Shown: positions 8,824-17,833 of the stretch, one piece after another
Numbering within the stretch: the first letter of the stretch is position 1
Layout of the letters: each line of letters begins with the position of its first letter
Source: Edaphobacter aggregans
GTDB lineage: Bacteria > Acidobacteriota > Terriglobia > Terriglobales > Acidobacteriaceae
Assembly: GCF_003945235.1 (NCBI RefSeq)
Contig: NZ_RSDW01000001.1
Coordinates: 870,001-902,000, forward strand
Direction: 5' to 3'
Length of the DNA: 32,000 nt
The notes under the pieces: model-generated
What the model saw: only the letters and a program-made list of their open reading frames with translations
The model's database searches: none
What the model was told of the DNA's origin: nothing
Program-made: the position numbers and the translations under genes

Positions 8824-11800
8824 GTCGTACCCTTGGCGGTCGCTGGCCCGAATCCGCCTCCACCGGGCGTCTCGATTCGAAGGCGATCACCGGGTCTGAG
8901 TTCGAGCCACGCTTTGGCGGGAACGGGCTCCACGGAGCCGTCAGCGCGGATGACCGTGTTCCTTCCGCAGCCGCCGGGCTCGCCCCCCTGCGCTCCGTAG
9001 GGATGGCTGGTGCGGCGTTCGCTGAGCAACGTGATGGAAGTTTCGGTCAACATCTCATACTCTCGCAGGATGCCTTCTCCGCCAGGATAACGGCCGTCTC
9101 CGCTGCTGTCGTGGCGCAGTCCATAGCGATGGATGCGGAGAGGAAGATAATGTTCGACCGCCTCGATTGGCGTATTGCGGGTGTTGCTCATGTGGGTATG
9201 CACACCGCTGAGGCCCGCCAAGCCGTTGCGCCCCCCCATACCGCCACCGATGGTTTCGTAGTAGGCGAACGGAGTGCCATCGTCGGGTCGTCTCCCCCCG
9301 AGTGTCACGTTGTTCATCGTTCCCTGGCTAGCTGCAGGAATGCTGTGCGGGAGCGCCTTTGCGAGCGCTCCAAGCACGACGTCGGTAATTCGCTGCGAGG
9401 TCTCAACATTGCCGCCTGCTACTGCCGCCGGACGCACAGCGTTTACGATCGTCCCCGCAGGAGCGATGACACGGATAGCGCGCGAGATGCCGGAGTTGTA
9501 CAGGACATCCTCCTGAACGAGACATCGAAAACAATAGAGTGTTGCTGACAGGGTGATGGCAAAATTTGCGTTGACACCGCCGCTAGTCTGGAGTTCTGTG
9601 CCCGTGAAATCGACCTCGGCCTGATCGCCCGCAATGCGGACTGTAGCGCGAATGCCTATGCGCTCACGGCGGAAGCCATCGTCGTCTACTACGTCTTCAA
9701 AGCTGTATTCGCCGTCGGGAATAGTTGCGATCGTGCGACGGAGGATGCGCTCGGCGTAGTCCTGCGCTGCGCGAGCATGGCTTCGTACTCGCTCAAGCCC
9801 ATAGCGTGCGACGAGTGCACGCAGACGGGCTTCGGCGACCCGGTTGGATGCGATCTGCGCGCTGAGGTCGCCCTCACGCTCTGCGGGCGTGCGCACATTT
9901 GCCAGGATCAGCGCCATGACATCGGGACAGATCTCACCGCGGCGCACGAGTTTGATTGGGGGAAGAATGAGTCCTTCCTGGAAGACCTCCTGCGCAAGCG
10001 GCATCGAGCCGGGGCTGATGCCGCCTACATCGGAGTGGTGAGCACGATTAGCGACGTAGAAGGCTGGAGCAGCTTCTTCATCGAGAAAGACGGGCTGTAC
10101 CAGAGTGATGTCGGGAAGGTGGGTGCCACCGCGGAAGGGATCGTTGAGAATGACCACGTCGCCCGCCTCCATGGTCACGTGCTGGATGGCTGCCTCGACG
10201 GAAAGTGGCATGGCGCCCAGATGTACTGGCATGTGATCGCCCTGCGCGATGGTATGGCCATGTTCATCATAGATGGCGCAGGAGTAGTCCAGGCGTTCTT
10301 TGATGTTAGGTGAGAAGCCAGTCCGGCAGAGTGTAATTCCCATCTCCTCTGCAATGGAGATGAAGATGTTTTTGAAGATTTCGAGTTCGATGGGATTAAG
10401 CGTTTCTTGACGGGAATTACTCTGCTCTGCTGCAGACTTCTCCGTGAGTTGATTACGGTCAGCCGCTTCGGCACGTGTCGCAATCAGAATGCCTGCGCCG
10501 TCGATCCGGAAACGATAGTGCGGCGTGATGACCACGGTGGACTCGCCGCTCGTGATGATCGCCGGGCCCTGTCCTTCCATGCCGGGGAGCAATGTCTCTC
10601 GATGGTAGATCGCGGTCTCCCACGAGCCGCCAGCAAACCATGTCGAGCGGACGCTGACAGGTAGTGGCAAGGGCTGGTTGACAGCAACTGGTGAAGGCAA
10701 TGTGGGCTTCTGCGTTATGCCAGCGGCGTTGACCCGAACGTTGACCACCTCAGTGATTCGCGACGGGTTCGAATAGCCATAGAGCCGCTGGTGCAGGCGG
10801 TTGAAGTCCTCGTTGAAGTCGGGAGTAAGGGGCACATTAATCTCGAAGGCTTGTCCCCGATAGCGCATATCGAGCGAGCACTCGATGACGATGCTCTGCT
10901 GCTCAAAACCCTCAGTGGCGAGGTCTGCCTGAGCTTGGCTGATCAGTGGCGCCAGATACTGCTGCAGATCAGAGAATGTAATGGTGTCTGACTGCTTCAG
11001 GATAGTCTGCGAGTAGTCTTTTCTCACATCAGCGAGTAGCATGCCGAGTGCAGAGAGAACGCCACCATGCTCCGGGATAAGTACGGTTCCGATTTCGAGC
11101 GCGTCTGCAATTTCGCAAGCGTGCATGCCTCCTGCGCCACCGAAGGCCAGCAGTGCGAACTCACGCGGGTCATAACCGCGCTGGACTGAGACGGTCCGAA
11201 TCGCGCGCTCCATGTTGGCGTTGGCAATCTGTACAATTCCCTCTGCCAGTTGCGTCGGCGTGATCCGAAGCTCGTCTGCGAAGATCCGGGCGCGTTCCGA
11301 GGTGCGCATGATGTCAAGCTGCATGCGGCCACCGAGAAAATATTTTGGATCGAGGCGACCTAATAGTAAGTTCGCATCGGTTACGGTAAGTTCGTCGCCC
11401 TTGCCATAACAGACGGGACCTGGCTCAGCGCCTGCGCTGCGGGGGCCGACGCGCAACGAACCGCCACTATCTACATAAGCGATGGAGCCTCCACCGGCGC
11501 CAACTGAGTGGATATCGAGAATTGGCAGCCGCACGGGAAAGCCACCCACGGTGGATTCATTCGTCGTACCGAGTTGGCCGTCGACGAGACTTACATCGGT
11601 GAAGGTGCCCCCCATGTCGAAGAGAATCACTCGATCAAAACCGGAGCCGCGTGCAACCGCTTGGGCTCCTATAGCGCCTGCCGCAGGACCGGAAAGGATG
11701 GTGCGCACCGCGGAATTGCGGGCTTGAGGTGTGGAGATGGAGCCGCCGTTCGATTGCATGATGTGCAACCGCGTTCCAGCGAGACCCCGCTCCAGCGTCG

Positions 11801-12434
11801 TTAGATAACTTGACATCATGGGCGTGACATAGGCGTTGACCACTGTCGTGCTCCAGCGCTCGTACTCGCGATACTCGGGCAGAACGCTGTGCGAGGACGA
11901 GACAGTAAAACCGGCCTGCTCAAGGTGACGAGTAACCTGCTGTTCATGGATCGGATTTGCGTAAGAGTGAAGGAGGCACACGGCCACGCACTCAACTCTT
12001 GTCTGAATTAGCTTTCTGGTCAGCTCTTCCAATTCCTGAGCATGCAAAGCCTCCAGCACATTCCCGTGACAGTCAATCCGTTCGGCTACGCCATAGGTGA
12101 GGCCGTCATCAATCATGGGCTGGTTGCCGCGCACCTGAAAACTATAGAGTTCGCGTCGAGTCTGTCGCCCGATTGCAAGAACGTCTTCGAATCCTTTGGT
12201 AGTGACCAATGCGACGCGGGCACCCTTGCGCTCGAGCAGCGCGTTAGTGGCCACAGTCGACCCATGAATTATTTCGGAGACGGGATCGCTCCCCATCAAC
12301 TCCCCGATACCAGAGAGGATGGCACGAGCCGGATCGTCCGGAGTAGAGCGCACTTTGTGAACTGTAAGCCCGCGAGCATCAAGTCGCACCAGGTCGGTAA
12401 ATGTGCCGCCTGTGTCTACACCAAGTCGGATCAT
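8820..12434 (-). CDS. Fused hydantoinase A/B (HyuA-HyuB), 5-oxoprolinase (ATP-hydrolysing) family
   Basis: 1204 aa. N-terminus MIRLGVDTGGTFTDLV plus a second FDMGGTFTDV (HyuA-type sugar-kinase/actin fold). The C-terminal half is HyuB-like (ILNDPFRGGTHLPD, ETPGGGGFG). Size and architecture match fused eukaryote-type oxoprolinases. Confidence 0.92.
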   Translation of the reverse strand: MIRLGVDTGGTFTDLVRLDARGLTVHKVRSTPDDPARAILSGIGELMGSDPVSEIIHGSTVATNALLERKGARVALVTTKGFEDVLAIGRQTRRELYSFQVRGNQPMIDDGLTYGVAERIDCHGNVLEALHAQELEELTRKLIQTRVECVAVCLLHSYANPIHEQQVTRHLEQAGFTVSSSHSVLPEYREYERWSTTVVNAYVTPMMSSYLTTLERGLAGTRLHIMQSNGGSISTPQARNSAVRTILSGPAAGAIGAQAVARGSGFDRVILFDMGGTFTDVSLVDGQLGTTNESTVGGFPVRLPILDIHSVGAGGGSIAYVDSGGSLRVGPRSAGAEPGPVCYGKGDELTVTDANLLLGRLDPKYFLGGRMQLDIMRTSERARIFADELRITPTQLAEGIVQIANANMERAIRTVSVQRGYDPREFALLAFGGAGGMHACEIADALEIGTVLIPEHGGVLSALGMLLADVRKDYSQTILKQSDTITFSDLQQYLAPLISQAQADLATEGFEQQSIVIECSLDMRYRGQAFEINVPLTPDFNEDFNRLHQRLYGYSNPSRITEVVNVRVNAAGITQKPTLPSPVAVNQPLPLPVSVRSTWFAGGSWETAIYHRETLLPGMEGQGPAIITSGESTVVITPHYRFRIDGAGILIATRAEAADRNQLTEKSAAEQSNSRQETLNPIELEIFKNIFISIAEEMGITLCRTGFSPNIKERLDYSCAIYDEHGHTIAQGDHMPVHLGAMPLSVEAAIQHVTMEAGDVVILNDPFRGGTHLPDITLVQPVFLDEEAAPAFYVANRAHHSDVGGISPGSMPLAQEVFQEGLILPPIKLVRRGEICPDVMALILANVRTPAEREGDLSAQIASNRVAEARLRALVARYGLERVRSHARAAQDYAERILRRTIATIPDGEYSFEDVVDDDGFRRERIGIRATVRIAGDQAEVDFTGTELQTSGGVNANFAITLSATLYCFRCLVQEDVLYNSGISRAIRVIAPAGTIVNAVRPAAVAGGNVETSQRITDVVLGALAKALPHSIPAASQGTMNNVTLGGRRPDDGTPFAYYETIGGGMGGRNGLAGLSGVHTHMSNTRNTPIEAVEHYLPLRIHRYGLRHDSSGDGRYPGGEGILREYEMLTETSITLLSERRTSHPYGAQGGEPGGCGRNTVIRADGSVEPVPAKAWLELRPGDRLRIETPGGGGFGPATAKGTT

Positions 12435-12698
12435 TTGCTGTCTCTGCTAACCACGGCTGCTGTGAAAACACTGAAGGAGGCAATTTCGGCGCAACCAAAC
12501 GGATCGTACTGATGTGCGGAGGATGCAGACTTGCCTAATATTTTGATTGAGGTGTCGCATCAATTGAGAGAAATATAGCATTGGAGCTCAGAATTAAGAG
12601 CTGCGCCACTTCTGTGATGCCTGGAGTCCCGCCACAATGGCGCGATTCTTGGCAATTTCACCTATATCTCCCTCTGAAGTTGAACAGAGAAGACGAAA

Positions 12699-12788
12699 TG
12701 GCGGAAGAGGAGGGATTCGAACCCCCGATACCCTTTCGAGTACGCCAGTTTTCAAGACTGGAGCCATCAACCACTCGGCCACTCTTCC
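12699..12788 (-). tRNA. tRNA-Ser (anticodon UGA), type II with long variable arm, CCA encoded
   Basis: The reverse complement reads GGAAGAGTGGCCGAGTGGTTGATGGCTCCAGTCTTGAAAACTGGCGTACTCGAAAGGGTATCGGGGGTTCGAATCCCTCCTCTTCCGCCA. Acceptor stem GGAAGAG/CTCTTCC. Anticodon stem CCAGT/ACTGG with loop CTTGAAA. Long variable arm. T-loop TTCGAAT. Discriminator G plus CCA. Confidence 0.95.
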
Positions 12789-13141
12789 TTTCTGCAGTTT
12801 AGTACGTGGCACCTCGCAGCGCAAAAATGATCGCAATTCCAAACAGCAATACAGAAACTGGTGTTACGTTCCAAACCGTGTGTCGCGTAACTCTTCGAAA
12901 CTGTCCACTGGATGAAAGAGCTCGCCAAACGCTCTCAGTAGCCATTCAAGTCATATCGCGTCACTTCCTCCAGAAGTCAGAGCAAAGCAAGCTAGCAGCG
13001 AGCGCCAACGACGTAGCCTATCCATATTCCTCGCTCCCTGCACAGCGAGCTACGCAGCTACGGAAAACTTGACTTAACCATCCCGGAAACCAGCAGCACT
13101 CCCCAAACAAGCCAAGCCCGCACCGCCAATGGCCCTAGACC

Positions 13142-13190
13142 AGGTCCGGACCTAAAGTATCTATTTCAAATACTTTAGGACTTTGAGTCC
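13142..13190. repeat. Cluster of three overlapping palindromic units in the tRNA-Ser/proS intergenic zone
   Basis: AGGTCCGGACCT (13142-13153) is a perfect 12-bp palindrome. CCTAAAGTAT (13151-13160) / ATACTTTAGG (13170-13179) are perfect 10-bp inverted arms around the 9-nt spacer CTATTTCAA. GGACT-TTG-AGTCC lies at 13178-13190. Function is unknown. Confidence 0.5.
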
Positions 13191-13308
13191 AGGGTAGGGG
13201 GTACCACAAAGTCTAACCGTTCCCAACGCCACAAATCCTTCGCGAAGTTAGAATAGACAAGATAACCAAAAAGCCCTCGCTCGAAGAGCCGGAAGGTCCC
13301 ACAACTCA

Positions 13309-15108
13309 ATGCATCGCTGGTCGCAACTCTTTATCCCCACCCTTCGTGAAGCCCCCGCAGACGCCGAAGTCGCCAGCCACAAGCTCCTCCTCCGAGCCGG
13401 TTACATCCGCCAGCTCGGCGCCGGCATCTATAGCTACCTCCCGCTCGGCAACCGATCCATCAACAAGATCATCGCCATCGTCCGCGAAGAGATGGACAAG
13501 ATCGGCCAGGAGTTCCTCCTCCCCGCGCTCAATCCTCGCGAGCTATGGGAAGAGTCCGGCCGTTGGTCCGTCATGGGCGAAAACATGTTTCGCCTCAAGG
13601 ACCGCAAGGGTGCAGAGCTCTGCCTCGCCATGACCCACGAAGAGGTCATGACCTCCATCGCCCGCAACGAGCTCCGCAGCTACAAGCAGCTTCCCCAGAT
13701 CTGGTATCAGATCCAGACCAAATTCCGCGACGAGCCTCGCCCCAAATCCGGTCTCCTCCGCGTTCGCCAGTTCATCATGAAGGACTCCTATTCCTTCGAC
13801 ATCGATGACGCCGGCCTCGATCTCTCCTACCAGAAGCATGACCAGGCCTATCGCAACATCTTCACCCGCTGCGGTCTCGAATTCGTCGCCGTCGAGGCGG
13901 ACTCTGGAGCCATGGGCGGCTCTGCCTCCCAGGAGTTCATGGTCTACACCGATGCCGGCGAAGACCTCATCGCCAGCAGCGCCTCTGGCTACGCCGCCAA
14001 CATCGAGAAGGCCACCAGCCGCCTCGCGCCTGTCGAAGACCTCGCCCCCACAGGCGACGGCAATCCTGAACTCGTCCACACTCCCGGACAGCGCACCATC
14101 GAAGAGGTCGGCGCTTTCCTTAATACGCAGCCTCAGCACCAGATCAAGACCATGGCCTACATGGCCGAGCTGCCAGAAGCCGACCACACAAAGCTTGGCA
14201 AGCTCCGCCCCGTAGTCGTCTTCCTCCGTGGCGATCACTCCCTAAATGAAGCCAAGCTCCTCCTCATCGCCGGCGGTGAACTCCGCCCCATGACGCCCGA
14301 GGAACTCCAGACCACCTTCAATGCTCCCGCAGGCTATCTCGGCCCCATCGGCATCGAAGCCGCGCCTCATCCTAAGAAGCCCGGAACCCTCGTCATCCTC
14401 GACAAAGCTCTCGAAGGCCGCACCAACCTCATCGCCGGAGCCAACAAAGAGGAGTTCCATCTCCGTAACGTCACCCCAACGCGCGACTTCAAGCCCACCA
14501 TCATCGCCGACGTTCGCAACATCAATGAAGGCGAGCTCGACCCCATCGGCGAGCAGCCTCTGCGCCTCGGCAAGGCAGTCGAGATCGGCCACATCTTCAA
14601 GCTCGGCTACCGATACACCAAGTCCATGGGCTCCACGGTCCTGAACCGCGACGGCAAAGAGACCACCCCCATCATGGGCTGCTACGGCATCGGCATCGAA
14701 CGCATCCTGACCGCCGCCATCGAGTCCTCCGCCGCAGCCAACGGAGGCTCCGCCTACGCCCTCCATCCCTCCATCGCCCCCTACCAGGTCGTCGTCACCA
14801 TCACCAACATCGGTGACACAACTCTCCTCGCCGCAGGAGAAAAAGTAGCCGCCGACCTGGCCGCCGCAGGTCTCGACGTCCTCCTCGACGACCGCGACGA
14901 GCGCGCCGGAGTAAAATTCAAGGACGCTGACCTCGTTGGCATCCCCTATAGAATCAACATTGGACGCGGGGTAGCTGAAGATAAAGTTGAACTCGTAGAT
15001 CGCCTCAAAAACCTCAATCAGGACGTTCCGCTGAATCAGATAGCATCCACCGTAGCTGATCAGATAACATCCGCCCTGCAAACCTCGCTCCCTGCATTCG
15101 CAGTCTAA
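13309..15108 (+). CDS. proS: Proline--tRNA ligase (bacterial type with editing insertion)
   Basis: 599 aa. N-terminus [42 protein letters not shown]. Class II motifs [25 protein letters not shown] and [11 protein letters not shown] central insertion domain and a C-terminal anticodon-binding region are present. Confidence 0.95.
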   Translation: MHRWSQLFIPTLREAPADAEVASHKLLLRAGYIRQLGAGIYSYLPLGNRSINKIIAIVREEMDKIGQEFLLPALNPRELWEESGRWSVMGENMFRLKDRKGAELCLAMTHEEVMTSIARNELRSYKQLPQIWYQIQTKFRDEPRPKSGLLRVRQFIMKDSYSFDIDDAGLDLSYQKHDQAYRNIFTRCGLEFVAVEADSGAMGGSASQEFMVYTDAGEDLIASSASGYAANIEKATSRLAPVEDLAPTGDGNPELVHTPGQRTIEEVGAFLNTQPQHQIKTMAYMAELPEADHTKLGKLRPVVVFLRGDHSLNEAKLLLIAGGELRPMTPEELQTTFNAPAGYLGPIGIEAAPHPKKPGTLVILDKALEGRTNLIAGANKEEFHLRNVTPTRDFKPTIIADVRNINEGELDPIGEQPLRLGKAVEIGHIFKLGYRYTKSMGSTVLNRDGKETTPIMGCYGIGIERILTAAIESSAAANGGSAYALHPSIAPYQVVVTITNIGDTTLLAAGEKVAADLAAAGLDVLLDDRDERAGVKFKDADLVGIPYRINIGRGVAEDKVELVDRLKNLNQDVPLNQIASTVADQITSALQTSLPAFAV

Positions 15109-15131
15109 TCGTCTAAACGAAAGAGCCCTTT

Positions 15132-17747
15132 TTGCCAGTCAAGCTCAAATACGGCAGCACTCGCGGTACAACAAAGTCTCACGACCTCCGTAACCGTCTC
15201 CTCCGCGGAGCCCTCGTCGCATGTCTAGCCGGAGTCATCGTCTTTGCCGCCGTCTTTGGTTACTTCTATCATCACTACCAACAGGTTGTAGATGACCGCC
15301 TGGCCGCCGGCCCCATCTTCGCTAGCGTCTCTCAAATCTACGCCGCTCCACGCGAAGTCCGTCCCGGCCAGAAGCTCTCTGCCGCCGCAATTGCCACCGA
15401 TCTGCGCCAGGCCGGTTACAACGGCAACCCGGAACTCGGCACCTTCCAGCTCAACGGCGACAACATCTTCATCAAGCCCGGGGCCCAGAGCTTCCACACG
15501 ACCGACGGCGCCACCATCAACACCTCCGACGGTGTCGTCAAAAGCATCACGGCCGAAAACGGCGTTGCCCTAAGCGCCTACGAGCTCGAGCCGCAGCTCA
15601 TCACCGCACTCTCCGAAGACAAGAACCGCACCAAGCGCCGTCTCGTCTCGTTCGACGAAATTCCACCGCACCTCGTCCACGCCGTGCTCGCCATTGAAGA
15701 CCGCGACTTCTTCAACCACGGCGGCATCAACTATCTCCGCACCGCCAAGTGCGCTGTTATGGATATCATCGCCCGTCATGCTTCCTGCGGTGGATCCACG
15801 CTCACCCAGCAATTAGCCCGCGGCTTCTTCCTCTCACCAGAAAAGCGCGTCACTCGCAAGCTCCGCGAGATCATCATCAGCTTCCAGCTCGAAGCCCGCT
15901 TCAACAAAAAGCAGATCTTCGAGATGTACGCCAACCAGATCAACCTCGGCCAACGCGGCAGCTTCGCCATCAACGGCTTTGGCGAGGCCGCCCAGACCTA
16001 CTTCGGCAAAGATCTCCGTCAGCTCAATCTCGCAGAATCTGCCCTGCTAGCCGGCATGATTCAGCGCCCCAACTACTTCTCTCCCTACAAGCATCCCGAA
16101 CGCGCCATGGAGCGCCGCAACCTAGTCCTCGACTCGATGGTCGAGACCGGCGCCATCACTGCAGCCGAAGCCAGCCGAGCCAAAGCCGAACCCCTCCGCC
16201 TCGCTCCACCTAACGTAGACGCCAGCGAAGCCCCCTACTTCGTCGATCTCGTACATGACCAACTCGTCCAGCGCATCGGCGACCAGGGCCTCGCTCATCA
16301 GAGCCTCCGCATCTACACCTCGCTCGATCCCGAACTCCAGCGCGCCGCCTCCGAGGCCGTCGAAATCGGCATGCAAAACGTCGACGAGATGATCCGCAAG
16401 TTGCACGGCAAGAGCACCGCGCCCATCAACTACCCACAAGTCTCGCTCATTGCGCTCAACCCTCACACCGGCCAGGTCCTCGCCCTTGTCGGAGGCCGCA
16501 ACTATGGTGTCTCCCAGCTCAACCACGCGGTCGCCGAGCGGCCCACTGGCTCCATATTCAAGCCTTTCGTCTACGCCGCCGCCTACAACACCTCGCTCAA
16601 CGGCACCGACCTCGACGGCAACGGCGTCTTCACCGCACTCACGCGCCTGAACGACGACCCCACCACATTCACCTTCGACAATGGCCGCCAAACCTATAGC
16701 CCCGGCAACTTCGAGAAGGGTGAATATCCCGGCATGGTCACTGCGGTCCAGGCCATCGCTCACTCTCTCAACATCGCAACCATCAACCTGGCCCAGATGG
16801 TCGGCTTTGAGAACGTAGCCGCCCTCGCCCGCAGCGCCGGCATTACCAACGCCCGCGCCACCCCGTCCGTCGCCATCGGCACCTACAACGCCACCCCCCT
16901 CGACATGGCCGGAGCCTACACCGTCTTTGCCAACAACGGCGTTCACCTCAAGCCGTGGATGCTCGCCAGCGTCCGCAACGCCAACGGCGATATCGTCGCC
17001 GACTACGCGCCCGAAGCCAAGCAGGTCCTTGACCCCCGCGTCGCCTTCCTCACCCAGTCCCTGCTCGAAAACGTGATGACCTTCGGCACCGGCGCCGCCG
17101 CCCGTCGTCACGGCTTCACCGCCCCCGCTGCCGGCAAGACCGGAACCTCCCATGACGTCTGGTTCGCGGGCTACTCCTCGAATCTGCTCTGCGTTGTGTG
17201 GGTCGGAAACGACGATTACACAGATATCTCGCGTGGACTAACACACCCGCTCCAGGGTGCCGACGCCGCCGCTCCCATCTGGGCCGAGTTCATGAACCGC
17301 GCCATCAAACTCCCCCAGTACTCCGACGTCAAATCCTTCTCTCCGCAGGAAGGCGTCACCAGCGCCCGCATCGACAAGACCACAGATCTCCTTGCCGACG
17401 CTACTTGCCCCGGCAACGCCTTCTATGCCGCTTTCCTCGACGGCACCGCCCCGGTCAACAGTTGCAGCCAAATGTCCGAGAGCCCACAGAACTTCCTCCA
17501 GAAACTCTTTGGCATTGGCGGTCATCCCGCCCCACAACCCAACTCCCCGGCAGCCCCGGCTACAACGCCCCCCGCAACACCGCCCGCTTCGCACAACGCC
17601 CCCAACACGCCTCCGGACGGCAACGCCCCCGACACCACGCAGCCCAACCAACCCAAGAAGAAGAACTTCTTCCAAAAAATCTTCGGCGGCGGCAACGACA
17701 AAAACAAACAGCAACAGCCAACGACAACACAACCGCCTCAGCAGTAA
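15132..17747 (+). CDS. Class A penicillin-binding protein (bifunctional glycosyltransferase/transpeptidase, PBP1A/1B type)
   Basis: 871 aa. Short N-terminus plus one TM segment ([20 protein letters not shown]). GT51 motifs [27 protein letters not shown] and [13 protein letters not shown]. Transpeptidase motifs SIFK (SxxK), SLN and KTGTS. P/T/Q-rich C-terminal tail. TTG start per the ORF track, 24 nt after the proS stop. Confidence 0.9.
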   Translation: MPVKLKYGSTRGTTKSHDLRNRLLRGALVACLAGVIVFAAVFGYFYHHYQQVVDDRLAAGPIFASVSQIYAAPREVRPGQKLSAAAIATDLRQAGYNGNPELGTFQLNGDNIFIKPGAQSFHTTDGATINTSDGVVKSITAENGVALSAYELEPQLITALSEDKNRTKRRLVSFDEIPPHLVHAVLAIEDRDFFNHGGINYLRTAKCAVMDIIARHASCGGSTLTQQLARGFFLSPEKRVTRKLREIIISFQLEARFNKKQIFEMYANQINLGQRGSFAINGFGEAAQTYFGKDLRQLNLAESALLAGMIQRPNYFSPYKHPERAMERRNLVLDSMVETGAITAAEASRAKAEPLRLAPPNVDASEAPYFVDLVHDQLVQRIGDQGLAHQSLRIYTSLDPELQRAASEAVEIGMQNVDEMIRKLHGKSTAPINYPQVSLIALNPHTGQVLALVGGRNYGVSQLNHAVAERPTGSIFKPFVYAAAYNTSLNGTDLDGNGVFTALTRLNDDPTTFTFDNGRQTYSPGNFEKGEYPGMVTAVQAIAHSLNIATINLAQMVGFENVAALARSAGITNARATPSVAIGTYNATPLDMAGAYTVFANNGVHLKPWMLASVRNANGDIVADYAPEAKQVLDPRVAFLTQSLLENVMTFGTGAAARRHGFTAPAAGKTGTSHDVWFAGYSSNLLCVVWVGNDDYTDISRGLTHPLQGADAAAPIWAEFMNRAIKLPQYSDVKSFSPQEGVTSARIDKTTDLLADATCPGNAFYAAFLDGTAPVNSCSQMSESPQNFLQKLFGIGGHPAPQPNSPAAPATTPPATPPASHNAPNTPPDGNAPDTTQPNQPKKKNFFQKIFGGGNDKNKQQQPTTTQPPQQ

Positions 17748-17833
17748 CAAGCCAGCACGAACATCCGAGTGCCCCATCCTGAGCACCCCTGATCGCGCGA
17801 AGGTTGGAGAGTCACTCTGCCACGCAATCCGAT

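Noticed and set aside
8745-9548. 267-aa + strand ORF spanning the MFS start and the hydantoinase 3' end.
   Set aside because: It runs antisense across two well-supported genes and across their ATGA junction. It has no recognisable motifs.
12594-12915. ORFs 12594..12842 (-), 12581..12802 (+) and 12637..12915 (+).
   Set aside because: They run through the tRNA-Ser gene, and the tRNA cloverleaf is unambiguous.
12806-13072. 88-aa + strand ORF (GTG start) in the tRNA-Ser/proS intergenic zone.
   Set aside because: It has a non-ATG start with no convincing SD, no motif, and a composition unlike either codon dialect. I treat it as non-coding unless homology or expression says otherwise.
13139-13160. 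CCAGGTCCGGA resembles the conserved CCAGGUC(A)GGUCCGGAAGGAAGCAGCC core of SRP (4.5S) RNA.
   Set aside because: The sequence continues CCTAAAG instead of AGGAAGCAGCC. There is no complementary 3' strand or flanking helix, so it is not an SRP RNA.
13142-13199. Possible dif site plus a KOPS-like octamer GGGTAGGG (13192-13199) next to the palindromes.
   Set aside because: The inverted repeat lacks the conserved inner ATAA/TTATG arm sequences of known dif sites. The best by-eye match to a XerD arm is 8/11 with no matching XerC arm. GGGNAGGG is an E. coli-defined motif, and a single occurrence is expected by chance. The idea is retained only as a low-weight hypothesis in the findings.
13249-13254. 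TAGAAT as a -10 hexamer for proS, with GGAAGG as the SD at 13291-13296.
   Set aside because: The corresponding -35 position (ACGCCA) matches TTGACA at only 3/6. Acidobacterial promoter rules are poorly known, so this is too weak to report as a feature.
13543-17153. Minus-strand ORFs of 231, 279 and 343 aa (13543..14238, 14242..15081, 16122..17153), plus 238 aa at 17238..17954.
   Set aside because: They are antisense to proS and the PBP. Their G/A/V/D/E-rich translations are the mirror-image shadow of C-ending sense codons. The sense genes carry clear family motifs.
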